Shown piece by piece: positions 10,506 through 21,522 of a DNA stretch of 64,000 bases. The stretch comes from a virus. The stretch is taken from IMG/VR virus record IMGVR_UViG_3300012347_000211, positions 1 to 64,000 of that record, one strand, 5' to 3'. The notes under the pieces were generated by a model that was not told where the DNA came from, searched no databases, and saw only the letters and a list, made by a program, of their open reading frames with translations. A program made the translations under genes and the position numbers. The first letter of the stretch is position 1, and each line of letters begins with the position of its first letter.

Positions 10506-10720
10506 TTCACCTCAAAGTGTTCTTTCAGCATCGCCGCAAAGTAATCTCTACGATAGCGGTCGCTGCTGGTCATAATATGATCGACACACTCTTGAATGAT
10601 CATCTTAGCAAAGACTTCTTCAAATTCAGGAGCGATCGAGAAAGGGTGATTATCTTCGTTTGGAGCGTTCCTGACAACATCCCAAGCCCTGTACTTTAGT
10701 TCAGTTATCTTTGAGCTCAT
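10502..10720 (-). CDS. Paralog family A member
   Basis: MSSKITEL / EVFAKMIIQEC / LKEHFEVK. Confidence 0.85.
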   Translation of the reverse strand: MSSKITELKYRAWDVVRNAPNEDNHPFSIAPEFEEVFAKMIIQECVDHIMTSSDRYRRDYFAAMLKEHFEVK

Positions 10721-10731
10721 ATTCAATTCCA

Positions 10732-11339
10732 TCACTCATCGTGGTCACTGAAGCGGAATCCGCACGCCTCGAGATCGAGGTCGTCTGGAAACGTCAGTAC
10801 CTCAGAAAAACAACCTTCGTTTGCCCCGTACATCTCAAGGTCGACTCCGTCATCGCTATCGAGCAAACGTTGAGCAACTGCCTCATCACGGAACCATTGA
10901 ATGTGGCAGGACCCATCGCCACTGTCTACTGTCAGTCCAAATACTACTTGTGCCATATGTTACTTACAAATTTGTGTGATCAATTCAGCAGGAGCGCTCG
11001 ATGTATTCAAAGCCTGAGCTACTGCCACACAGCAATCGTTCCTGCTTTTCTGGTCGATAGTTCCAGCAACAATAGCAGTTCCCATCACTGCTACCACCAT
11101 TAAACAAACCCATCCAGTATCGCTCATTTTACTGCTCCTACGTATTGCGCAATCATATACCAATCAGGGGCACCTTCACCAGGCTTGATTGGATTATATT
11201 TTTCGTTGTAGTCGTTGACGTACTTGCGAGCTTCTGCCTCATTATCGAAGTAGATGCTCTCATCAATCTTACTACCCCAACCACGCTCACTCTCAATGAT
11301 GTCAACGCGGTATGTCGTCACGTGTTCAACTCTCGCCAT
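10732..11339 (-). CDS. Three hypothetical proteins (10732-10956; 10960-11127 membrane; 11124-11339)
   Basis: ORFs in array. Confidence 0.65.
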
Positions 11340-11808
11340 ACAACTTCTCCTTAACAGCAACAATCAATTCATCCATCGTCTCTACAACCTGGATACCCCA
11401 ACGCTTGCAGAGGATGTCTACGTTGCCTTTGCGCCAGAATCCCATAGGACAGCACACAACGACATTGTATGGATTGCGGAACCCAGCAACGAACCCCAAT
11501 TCGAGCAACGTGATAGGAGACTTCGTGTCTGGATCAAAGTAGAACAACACCATATTGGATTGCTCGAGTCCGTCCAGCTCCCATGTCACTTGTTGATTGA
11601 ACTGCGTATTGTGGATGCTCTGCACCCAGCTCGAGTCCCAATCATCACGACGAGGGTTGAGGAACGTCAGATTCGGTTCATCATCAAAGGCATTGACCAA
11701 ACGGGTCTGCCAGTTTTCAGCAACACCCATCTCGATCGATCCAGCCATGAAGACTGTATTGTCAGTTCCTGGTGGAACGTCGTGCGGTGCTTGTATTTGA
11801 ATTGCCAT
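11326..11808 (-). CDS. Nucleoside 2-deoxyribosyltransferase-like protein
   Basis: VFMAGSI..WQ..NPRR..QVTWE..SPITLLELG..GF.RKGNV. Confidence 0.85.
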   Translation of the reverse strand: MAIQIQAPHDVPPGTDNTVFMAGSIEMGVAENWQTRLVNAFDDEPNLTFLNPRRDDWDSSWVQSIHNTQFNQQVTWELDGLEQSNMVLFYFDPDTKSPITLLELGFVAGFRNPYNVVVCCPMGFWRKGNVDILCKRWGIQVVETMDELIVAVKEKLYGES

Positions 11809-14800
11809 TATCTGTTACCACTAAGTTTACTTGAACACACGACCTGTGTTGTACACCTGGCCCAATATGCTTTGCCATTCGAGCACAGTCCTCATATGTC
11901 TGCACAGGAGGACTGTACATCACAACTGATCCTGATGTTGTAATCAGGAACCATACCAAGACCGAGTTCACTTGAATTCCAATCGGACACAAGTCTTGTT
12001 CTTGAACTTGCGGTATGCAAGCTTGACGAAGCCTGGTTCGACTGGTGGCTTCTCTGGGCGGCTATTATACCAATCCGCAAGAACAGCGACACCGATGAAG
12101 AATCCAATTATGCCCATCACGAACAAGAACAGCGCCGTGTGCAGCTCAAGCATGGCCGCCCCTACCGCCACTTCGTATAAGTTGAACAACGACAACCCTA
12201 CCCACACTGTAGCAAGTGCGCCCGCGATAACTGCAAGCAATAACAGGAACGACCCTGCAAACACAGCACGAGTGTATTCACAGATGTCAGAGCCGTCTTC
12301 AACCCAGATACGCGTTGCACCGTAGTTTGCCAAGCGGAAGTGCCAGGCTGTGTTGCTTAATGTAAATGCTTTCATTTTGATTCCTTGTTATTGATTTTCA
12401 CGATTTGTTCTAGCTGTGTCGAGCTCAACAATAAACCACACCAACAGACACGCCACGACGATAACGATGGATGTAACTAAAGTGTACTCCACCATGCAGT
12501 AGATGATAGATCCGAAGAACGCAAAGGCGCATGCGATCACTGCCAACACGACGCCCAACGACTTTAGCCATTCCCAGGCCACGGTTCGCATCGAATCAAT
12601 TGCGTTCATCACATCTTCACGTGCTGGGAGATTGATCTTCATCATAGTATTCTTTCAAAATTGATCGGATGTCCTCGGCATACAGACGAGCAACGCCGTC
12701 CGACACACCTGCAGATTCCATCCTATTGGCAAGGAATCTTAACATACCTTCCGGAGTGGTTGCAACAGGAATATTACAACCACAATCACAACCTGGTTTA
12801 ACGATTGCCATATTATTCAGTCACCTTTACCCACCACCGTGTATCATATTTGCTTGGACGGCCATATAAGCCTGGCTCGAACGACAGAGTAGACAAACAA
12901 ACCTGCAGTGCTGTACCTGTTTGTCGGTGAAGCACCATAAAGCGTTCAACTTCCTCTTCTAGCATATCGTCGTCATCGAAGTCGACTGTCTCGCCAAGGA
13001 TCTCAGCGACATCGCCAGCAACAAACGAGTTGCCATATGGACGCTTGATGTCGATTACGGGAGCACCGTCGTATGCATCGTCATTAAACCTTGCATACAT
13101 GGCCTGCAGTAGTTTGACGTGTTGTTCAGTCAGTTCAAATGTTTCGTGGTATGTTGTCATAATTTAATCCGCGACCGCCCATGCTACCCATGTGCCATCA
13201 TGTTGTTTAGATGTTTCCCAGTATACACGACGATTGCCACAATCACAACGGCGGTCAACGCCGTCCCATCCAGCACAGTTCTCACCTTCGTCCCACGCAT
13301 CCGCACAGTTCTGGCCGTCAAAGTCAACGTACCCCTGTTCTTCAGCATCCTTCATTGCGGCATCGATTGCTTCTTGTTGAGTGGCGTACATCTTAGTTCC
13401 AATCTCGCTTGGCACACACGAAGCTCACCGCCTTGGTTAGCTGTACGCGCTGGCGTGCAATGTCCTTCTCGCATGCTGGGATTGATTTGTATTCAGCCAC
13501 AGTTTCAACTTCATACACACCTTGGTTAGGTTGTGCTTTGGATTCGATTAGAGCAACAAGGACATATTCAAGCATTACAAAATCTCCGAATCAACTTCAT
13601 CAGTTTCGAGAACGAACATCGCCTCGACGCCATCTTCCCAGCCTTGGCCATGATCATACTCCACTCGGCCAATGCCTTCGCAGAAGTGTGAGCCATAGCG
13701 TGCCACTTGCTCAGCAGTGAACTTAACCAAGTCCTCAATGTAATCGACACGGAAGATCGAATCGGAGAACTCTTTGATCATTTCCTCTTCGTCGATTCCT
13801 GGACGGAATTGGACTTTCACTGTGTGTACTGTTCTAACTTCGACTTCGTATGTCATTCTGATTCTCCAACCTTTGTAAATGTACGGACAATGACCAGCTT
13901 CTCTTCCTCAACGACATCGAGGTCGTATGCTTCGCTGATCCACTCAACTGCTTCTGGTTCAGCATGCTTGCCGCCACCATACCAATATGTCCAACCGACC
14001 CATGTGCCGTCTGGTGCCTGAGCTGCCACGCTCTTTGATTCGAGGTGACGTGAGTATGGACTCGGGATGTCAGTTTCTACTTCACCTTCACGAATCTCAT
14101 ACATTGCATCATACAGACAATCTTCGAGTTCGTCAAATACCTCATCGACATTGTCAGCCGTGACTTCTTCAATTACTTGATCGTCACCCCACGTACGGTA
14201 GAGCTCGATCGCCATCCATCTGATTTTTTGTTCTGGTGTCATGCTCGGTCTACGCTTTGTACAAAGTCCATTGCCCACTTACCGTCACGGAAGTCGCCGC
14301 GTGGATCAGAAGATCCTTCCGTACCGAACCCATCCATGCTATGGTACTCGTCCAACAAGCCGTCCATACTTTCGACGAGATAGTCAGCGAAACCTTCGTC
14401 GTTGATCACTTCATCAGTCATGCGTTGCAATACCATCAACACACGTTGTTGGTTCATTGACAAATCTTCTTCATCCATTGCGTTTCTCCTCTGTAATTCC
14501 AAGCTCACCCTTAATGATGTTCAGTGCTTCCTGCCATTCAAATCGACAACCTTCACACTCCATACACTTAGGCACCTCAGGACCTAGTACGTTGTACAGA
14601 TCCCGTAACACGTTGCGATAGTACTCATCCTTTTGCATTCTTAGCTTCCCACATCTTGCCCTTCATACCACAAGCAGCAAAGAATCGAATCTCGCGCTCA
14701 GTACGGCAATCCGACCCGTTGAACACAGATGCAGCCAATGCCCAAGCGTCTTTCTTATTCACTTCATCGTTGATACATCGCAACTGCCAATGCGAAGACT

Positions 14801-15526
14801 TGTCTGGCACAGACCACTTACACCGGTTACATAATTTGACTGTCAATATAGATTCTCCGAGTAAAGACGGTGGCCATCGCCACCAACACGACGAAAGATT
14901 TGATTCGCCGCTTCAGCAATCGGCCACGCCTCTTCACGAGTGTAGAATGTACCGAACTGATCAACAAACCCTTGCTCTTCTTTGTATGAGTCGCAACGAG
15001 TACGCTCATCGATGGCGTTCAATGTTTGATGCATCGTCATATCGTAGTGTCGTGGACTACAGACGATCAGGAATTCGTTATTGGGCAGATAGAACTTGTT
15101 AGCTGCGCACACAATACGTTTAGTCACCACTTGGTTGTTCTTTCAAGTTGTTGTTATACATGAAGATCTTTGCATAGTGTGCAAACTCCTTCGGGCAATG
15201 GTCTGGATCTGGAAGCATGTCGCCGTAGTGCTCAACCATCGCATTGCCAATCATTTCAAGCTGCTCGTCTGTCATTCTCTGTTCCGATCTTCAAACTTAC
15301 GCAGGTCGTTGCTCAACAACATAGTGATAATGCCACCAACGACAAACACAACAGCAATTATTACCTTGCCGACAGGATCATATCCACGTTCTTTGGGAAC
15401 AATCCATTCTACTGGTGTGATCCCTTGACCAAAGATGACCCATGTCCACAGGTCAACGATCCACAACATGCACGGAATGCACATGATCACACCAATACCG
15501 AATAACAAGGTTGAAAATCGAAACAT
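11762..15526 (-). CDS. Run of about 15 small hypothetical/membrane proteins (e.g. 11968-12375, 12388-12645, 12813-13160, 13164-13415, 13575-13856, 13853-14242, 14239-14478, 14471-14638, 14625-14846, 14843-15130, 15120-15275, 15272-15526)
   Basis: Coupled ORFs, several Cys-rich or hydrophobic; 14471-14638 and 15120-15275 read manually. Confidence 0.7.
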
Positions 15527-15954
15527 TATAAACTTTCAGGTTTAACTTCTATCCATGTATGATCTCCTAACCACTTAACGGCGGCAACATACTGGTACTC
15601 TGCTGGAGGTGCTGTTGACCAATCGTTTGGTCCGAGTATGGTGAGGATGGTTTTACCTTTCCTGGTATCCATTGCCAACCAATACACACCACCTGGATAC
15701 AGTTTAAAACTATACTCAGCTGCATGCACAGCATCTGTGATCTCTAGTCTGCGCTTGATGCCATCAGCCTGACTCTGCAACACTTTGACCAGATCCATGA
15801 TCCTGTCATACTCTTGCTGGGCGAACATACGCGCAGCGTTGAGCATCAAGTCCTTCTGTTGTGTTACATCAACCAACTCAAACTTAGGAGCACTCAGTTC
15901 CATTGGATACGGAAGTGAGTTCCTCTTGGCCATGTCTTCTGGAGTTATATCCAT
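15526..15954 (-). CDS. DUF2452-like protein
   Basis: LPYP..SAPKF, coiled coil, A.Y.F..PG..Y.L, P.DW, DHTW. Confidence 0.65.
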   Translation of the reverse strand: MDITPEDMAKRNSLPYPMELSAPKFELVDVTQQKDLMLNAARMFAQQEYDRIMDLVKVLQSQADGIKRRLEITDAVHAAEYSFKLYPGGVYWLAMDTRKGKTILTILGPNDWSTAPPAEYQYVAAVKWLGDHTWIEVKPESL

Positions 15955-16319
15955 TACACCACCAACCAGACTAGACCAATGTACGTCAATGCGTGTAAGA
16001 ATTGATCCAATCCAAGCAGCCACCAGAACTGCTCATGTGTATTCGGTCCCCAGCCCATCTTCGAATTGAGGTTCATCTTAACCCAATCGATGTGGTAGTG
16101 AATGATTGCGTCCATAACACCAATGTAGACGCAAGCTAACGGCGCATACCACCAGAAACACAACATGGTAGTAAGTCCGTGCAGGGAAGCGTGTAGAACG
16201 CCTCCTAGGTGCAAATAAGTGCCTTTGTTGCTCCATTGATACTTCGTCTGTAGAGGGAAGTCGACAATGAAGTGCTTCGTGAAAAGAAACAAGATCAACA
16301 GCAGCGCAACATTATCCAT
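15954..16319 (-). CDS. DUF3307-like membrane protein
   Basis: KHFIVDFPLQ..H..HG..HYHIDW.K..GLDQFLH. Confidence 0.8.
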   Translation of the reverse strand: MDNVALLLILFLFTKHFIVDFPLQTKYQWSNKGTYLHLGGVLHASLHGLTTMLCFWWYAPLACVYIGVMDAIIHYHIDWVKMNLNSKMGWGPNTHEQFWWLLGLDQFLHALTYIGLVWLVV

Positions 16320-17203
16320 ATCGTCCATTCTTTCCGTCAAATTCAAACATCTGTTTGTTACACATTGTACACCACACTTTGTACAATGTGTATGAATTGT
16401 CGTAGTAGTCACCAGGAACGTACTGCGTGGTGACTACCTTATCTTCGTGCGGACACATAGTTGAGAAGACAGCGGCCATTCCGTGTGCCTTCTTTCTCAT
16501 TTCGTCTGCCTCTCGCTTAGCATCAATCGCGATTTGTTTCATACGCTGCAACCCCTCTGGGTCACTCACAACGTACGGAGCAGATTCGTATTCTTCGAGG
16601 AACTCCCGTACCTCTTTAGGTAACTTAGCCATCACATGAACTGCAGAGCAATCCAACCGAAGAACAATGTGACCAACGGTGCAATCATTGCATTAGACAA
16701 AGATTCAATCACCAATTCAGCCTTGCTCTTTTGTGGGTCAGGAGTCTTGGTCTGCAAGTGTTGTGTGAACATGCCAACGATCAACGAGATGCCAATGGCA
16801 ACAGGCAGTGTGATCACAGGAGCACCAATGAACACTGGTACAATGAACCATTCCCACAGAGTAACAAGGACCCAAGCGCGAACAAGGACCGCACCAACAA
16901 TCAAACCAATCCCGCCCAATACAGCGAGCAATCCGATAGACAATTCAAACATAATCAATCCTTCTTCAATTTTGGATACTCGCCAGTGCGAGTGTTACCA
17001 TCACCACCATAAGGGATGCACTCGTCATCCCAACTCTCAGCATTTGTGCCATCATATTCGTCAATGTCAAGGTCAACATCGTGCCCTGATATATCACTCA
17101 ATGCATCGCGGACATAGTACGGTGCACGTGCATATGCGTCGCCAAGTGAATCAGCGACGATTACAAATTCATACCCGACACGTACCGCATACAGCTTACT
17201 CAT
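16312..17203 (-). CDS. Three hypothetical proteins (16312-16632 Zn-ribbon-like; 16632-16952 membrane; 16955-17203)
   Basis: ORFs in array. Confidence 0.65.
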
Positions 17204-17591
17204 TGAACAGCTCCGTAACATCATATTCAAATCGTTCCGACATCGCATCATACACATCTTGTGGAACATCGTGGATCGATCCGAATGCATTCTGACACAG
17301 AATCACTGTCGGGACAACATCAAACTTCTTTGCAAGTTCAAAGTAAGGACGCAATTCTCTGAGCGTAGTGAATGTGTTGGACACTACAGGACTGAACCCA
17401 CGCTTCAACAAACGCTCAGCCTCATCCAAGCACCACTGATGTGCTTCCTTGAGACGCTCACGCTCGAATGTGTATACGCCATCCTTCATCCAGAACTGAT
17501 CTGTTTCCAGATGCCAGTACCAGCCAATCAGATTCTTTGCAAGCGTTGATTTGCCACTACCTGGCAACCCACGGACCAATAACAATTTCAT
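17196..17591 (-). CDS. P-loop kinase (AAA_33 / polynucleotide-kinase-like)
   Basis: Walker A GLPGSGKST; AHQWC; VSNTFT; HDVP. Confidence 0.85.
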   Translation of the reverse strand: MKLLLVRGLPGSGKSTLAKNLIGWYWHLETDQFWMKDGVYTFERERLKEAHQWCLDEAERLLKRGFSPVVSNTFTTLRELRPYFELAKKFDVVPTVILCQNAFGSIHDVPQDVYDAMSERFEYDVTELFNE

Positions 17592-18047
17592 AATTCGTAA
17601 CGCCTTCCGTTATCAATTCCTTCACTATACACGAACCCCTCTACAGCGACACCCCATAACGCAAAGTCTTCCATCGTCCATTCACGGTTGAGGATGAGCA
17701 AGTACACTTGATCGTAGGTCAGCTCCAGCAGTTGATTTGTAGTCATGCTGCTTGCACTATTGGGATTGACTGTAGTCAGCGCTTCGATCTTCTTGCGAAG
17801 CAGTTCATTGATATTTGTGTTGTTCGTGTTGGCAGGCATGTACTTTTCCTCTGATTTTCTTGTCGTAAGATTGACCGTAAATTAAACGCCACCGCTCACC
17901 GATGCCGCGGTACCATATGAGGTCGTGTGCGTAACATGACTTGCAGTAGGTCGTGGAAGGCCCAGTGCGCCGACTGGGGTATTCATCAATACCATCGCCA
18001 TCCATTAGTTCCCAGATGACTTGGTCGGGCATGCTGAATAAGCTCAT
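17588..18047 (-). CDS. Two hypothetical proteins (17588-17839, 17805-18047)
   Basis: ORFs in array. Confidence 0.6.
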
Positions 18048-18424
18048 GGGTTTAAGTGTAGTCCTACATCAATGTAAAGAATCTTCAAATTGGACACACG
18101 GCCATGTTCGTCGACCTCGCCCGTTGCACGCAAGCGCAACTGCATTTCCATGTCGTCGAGAATCGTCCGCAGCGAGAACCCACGTGGTGTGTCTAAGATC
18201 CGTACATCACATAATGCAATGTTTCCGTCCATACGGAAGTTCTCACAAATGTGCGATACTTTCTCAAGGTCGATCTCAAGCGAATCGTCGCTGTCGTCTT
18301 GGATCTTACCTAAGATGGGACGATCGATGTTGAAGATTGCAAGTGCAAGCTCTGCGTATGGATAGATGCGACCCGAACCCTGATATTGTTCGGCGACCGC
18401 AAATGCCATGTTCGGAATCAACAT
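18044..18424 (-). CDS. Prohead-protease (gp21)-fold paralog, catalytic His and Ser absent
   Basis: Colinear with gp21 of this window: GRIY/GRKY, IDLEKVSH/INLDRVSH, ILDTPRG/VLDTPMG, LRATG/TRGMG, YIDV/AADIV. Confidence 0.8.
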   Translation of the reverse strand: MLIPNMAFAVAEQYQGSGRIYPYAELALAIFNIDRPILGKIQDDSDDSLEIDLEKVSHICENFRMDGNIALCDVRILDTPRGFSLRTILDDMEMQLRLRATGEVDEHGRVSNLKILYIDVGLHLNP

Positions 18425-18786
18425 CAGAATGCTACCTTGAGACCGAGGAGTGCGTTGTTGCGCACGACAAGGAACTGCACACCAACGATACCTGTCAGAT
18501 ATGCAGTACGGTACTTGTCACCTGCATAGTCTGCAATCAAGTAGTTGCCAACCATCCAGCTCGCAAAGTACATATTGACTTTACCCATAGACGGATGCTC
18601 ACCGAGAATCCGGTTGGTCTCGTGATACTTGTCGGGGTTCTTTACGATCTGGCGTGTCTGCATCCAGTCGGCGAGCAACAAGGCTTCGCTAGCTACAAAC
18701 AAACGCTTATCAGTTGTATCCCATTCATCAAACGCATGCGCTTGAAAGGAACACAACAACAGGATGGTGGCTAGGAGCTTTTTCAT
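18424..18786 (-). CDS. Exported/membrane protein
   Basis: Signal peptide MKKLLATILLLCSFQAHA; ETNRILGEHPS; C-terminal Phe. Confidence 0.7.
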   Translation of the reverse strand: MKKLLATILLLCSFQAHAFDEWDTTDKRLFVASEALLLADWMQTRQIVKNPDKYHETNRILGEHPSMGKVNMYFASWMVGNYLIADYAGDKYRTAYLTGIVGVQFLVVRNNALLGLKVAF

Positions 18787-18977
18787 AGGTAGCCGAGGAT
18801 AGCGCCGAGTGGGCCAACGAAGATACCAACAATACGCAAGATCAACATGCCTGTCAGCACATCAAAGCTCGAGTGAGCGATCGTAATGATATTCATCACC
18901 CATCCCACGATTGCAGCAACAACAATACCAACTTGTGCTACGACCAACGAGACCACAATCAAATCATCTTTTCTCAT
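18783..18977 (-). CDS. Small membrane protein
   Basis: GWVMNI..RIVGIFVGPLGAILGY. Confidence 0.75.
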   Translation of the reverse strand: MRKDDLIVVSLVVAQVGIVVAAIVGWVMNIITIAHSSFDVLTGMLILRIVGIFVGPLGAILGYL

Positions 18978-19002
18978 AATAAATTCCCTTTTCAATAAAC
19001 CA

Positions 19003-19031
19003 ATTATAAGGATGACCAACTATACGGTCAA
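19003..19031 (-). promoter_or_regulatory. Sigma70-type early promoter
   Basis: gTTGACC-17 bp-TATAAT. Confidence 0.85.
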
Positions 19032-19085
19032 CCAAATTCTAGCATGTAGCACGTAGCCATGCACGTCTCGTCTCCGCTAGACCGG

Positions 19086-19119
19086 AAGAAGAAAGACCGA
19101 CAGCGAAAGGTGTCGGTCT
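19086..19119 (-). terminator. Intrinsic terminator candidate
   Basis: 9-bp stem AGACCGACA/TGTCGGTCT followed by TTCTTCTT. Confidence 0.6.
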
Positions 19120-19176
19120 GCATGGTATACGGGAACACGAGGTTCCCATAATCATCCACGAAAGGCAGGAGTGCCA

Positions 19177-21241
19177 TTAGTCGTGCTCGTACTCTTCAAC
19201 ATCGAAGCCGTCACGAGTAGCGGTCACAGAGACATGATCGTCGAACATCGCTTTCAAGATCTCTTCCAATTCATTCGATTGAATCATCTTAGAAAATGCA
19301 GAGATTGATTCTGTATCGACACCAGTGAGGTCAATGTTTTTGCGGCGGTCGATGCAATATTGGCTATCGCCTGTCAAAATCCAATTCTCTTCTGCCCACA
19401 CGTCTTCATCTTCGCCATCATACTCGCCATAGCGTGTAAGGTCTTCGATCTGTTCGCCCTTGGCGTTGCTGTAGTAGGGCTCATTTACGCTAAATTCACA
19501 CGTATCGCCGTCGTTGAAGAACGGAGTGTACTGTGTCCAACGGATTACGTTGATACCAGGGTTCTTATCAAAGAACTCCTTAGTCACGCCCTTGAACAAC
19601 TCCTGTGCCTTTTCACGGAACACAGCGCGCAATGCTCGTTGCTCGTCCAACAGCTTATCAAATTCAATTTGTAGATTGCTCATAATTTACCTTTCATTTC
19701 ATTTTACTTTCATCAAACTCTTCGAATGTAATCTTTGCTTGGCACATCTGTGCTTTGCCGTCCTTAAAGTATGCTTCCCAAATGTCGCCAGACTCTTCGC
19801 CTTCGCCATGGAGCTTGAACGTCACACTAGGAAGTTTCTTAGATATGATCCTCATATCCTCCTCCCATGCATACCACTTGACGTCACTCAGACTCAAGTC
19901 GCTGTTCCATTCATACCCAGTATCCTCATTGAGCATATCGATCAACTCATCATCAACTACATGATGAAGCATTGTCAGTTTGAAATCTGTATAGTATCCC
20001 ATATCACACCCATTTAAAAATTCGTTTGTACCACGGCAACGAGTTGTATTCGTAGATCCTGGTCTCGTAGTGAATAACGTCGGAGGTCAGGCGCTTGTGC
20101 AACTTGCGCAACGGCTCATACTTTGCTTCCATCCGTGCTTCAATGATTTCTTCCACTTCTGGATCAATAGCAATGAAATGATCGGTCTTAACACCGTGCA
20201 ATACCTTGTAGACGTGGTGCACCGGTAGGCGCTGAGTCTCATCCATAAGAGCAATCATCTCATTGGAGTCCGTAAGCATGATGCTACTGAGTGGCAGAGT
20301 CATTCTGCGCATCTCAATGAAGTCACCAGTAGCCAGCACTTCCTGTTCGTTCAATGTGTATAGTTTAACACGTCTCATCTTAGTCCACCAACGGAATGTG
20401 TTTGCTGGTCGTGCGGTTCTTCTTCTCAGTGCCAGACATCCATGGCTGGATAGTCATGTTGCCCAAGTACATCTCCATCGTAGGAATGAATCCTAGGTCT
20501 TGCTGGATGTGGTCTTCAGCCACATCTCGGGGGCTGTACTCTTTTCCAGCAGAATTGTACCTAGTACGGCCGAACACCCTCTCGACGAGATGGCATCCAA
20601 ATGCCGAGTGTAGAATCGCTCGATGTCGGACGTCAGCGACGGCTTGTTTGGTTGAGTCAATGAAGTCGTCGATGTCTGCATAGTCATCTGGGACTCCGCC
20701 GTACTTCTTAGCATGAATTTTGCCATGGAGATATGGTTTCATTTTTAATCGTTACTGTCGCAGGCATTGACCCACAGAATCACATTATAAAAGATACATC
20801 CGATTGTGGTAACAGAGAGTGGTATACCAACATTGGGTGGCATGTCTACGGAGAACAGCTGTGGCCAGAACCAGACCTGTGTAACCAGGAGCGCCGCTAG
20901 CTTGTGCTTACGCTGGACTGACTCCCACTTTGCAATGATTTTGTCTTTCATCCGTTCACCCTTCTTGCCGAAAACGTCGGCTCATATTCAAGAGATACCA
21001 TATACTTTGCAATCAACGCTTTGTTCTCATCATACAACCAGAACTCCATTGCACTGCTTGGCCAGCTTCTATGTTCCCATCCATCGTGGTTATAGAGGTA
21101 GTCGTCGGCCATCGCCTCGACCAACATCTCGAATTCCCATTCGTCGATTGCATCTACTTTCCTGTACTCAAACTCAAACAGATGCTCATCGCCAGTAGGC
21201 TCCAGCTGTTCCCAACTATTGCAGTAGTAATGGTAGATCAC
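19177..21241 (-). CDS. Six hypothetical proteins (19177-19683, 19694-20002, 20004-20378, 20380-20742 DUF6915-like, 20745-20951, 20948-21241)
   Basis: Motifs WTQYTPFFNDGD and D.RHRA.LHS.FG..AEDHI..D.GFIP. Confidence 0.7.
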
Positions 21242-21522
21242 TTTACCACCGCATCGTTCAGAATAAACCAAGGCATGTCATCGATCCAGATATCAATCGA
21301 AGTCATCTGCGCCTGAAGATAATCCATCTTGCCCTTACGTGAAGTGTAGATGATTCGGTCCACCTGGTGTCCAAGGTATTTTTCAACCTCCGCACCTTCG
21401 CTTGGATATCGCATCGTGACAACATACACTGAGTGGCCACATCGCTTCACAATGCCGATGATCGTATCCCACATCACCGGATCACGGGTGTATGTGTTAT
21501 CATAATCTAATGAGATGTTCAT
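21238..21522 (-). CDS. Minimal HAD-superfamily phosphatase
   Basis: ISLDYDNT (DxDxT), VVTMR, K, WIDD. Confidence 0.75.
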   Translation of the reverse strand: MNISLDYDNTYTRDPVMWDTIIGIVKRCGHSVYVVTMRYPSEGAEVEKYLGHQVDRIIYTSRKGKMDYLQAQMTSIDIWIDDMPWFILNDAVVK

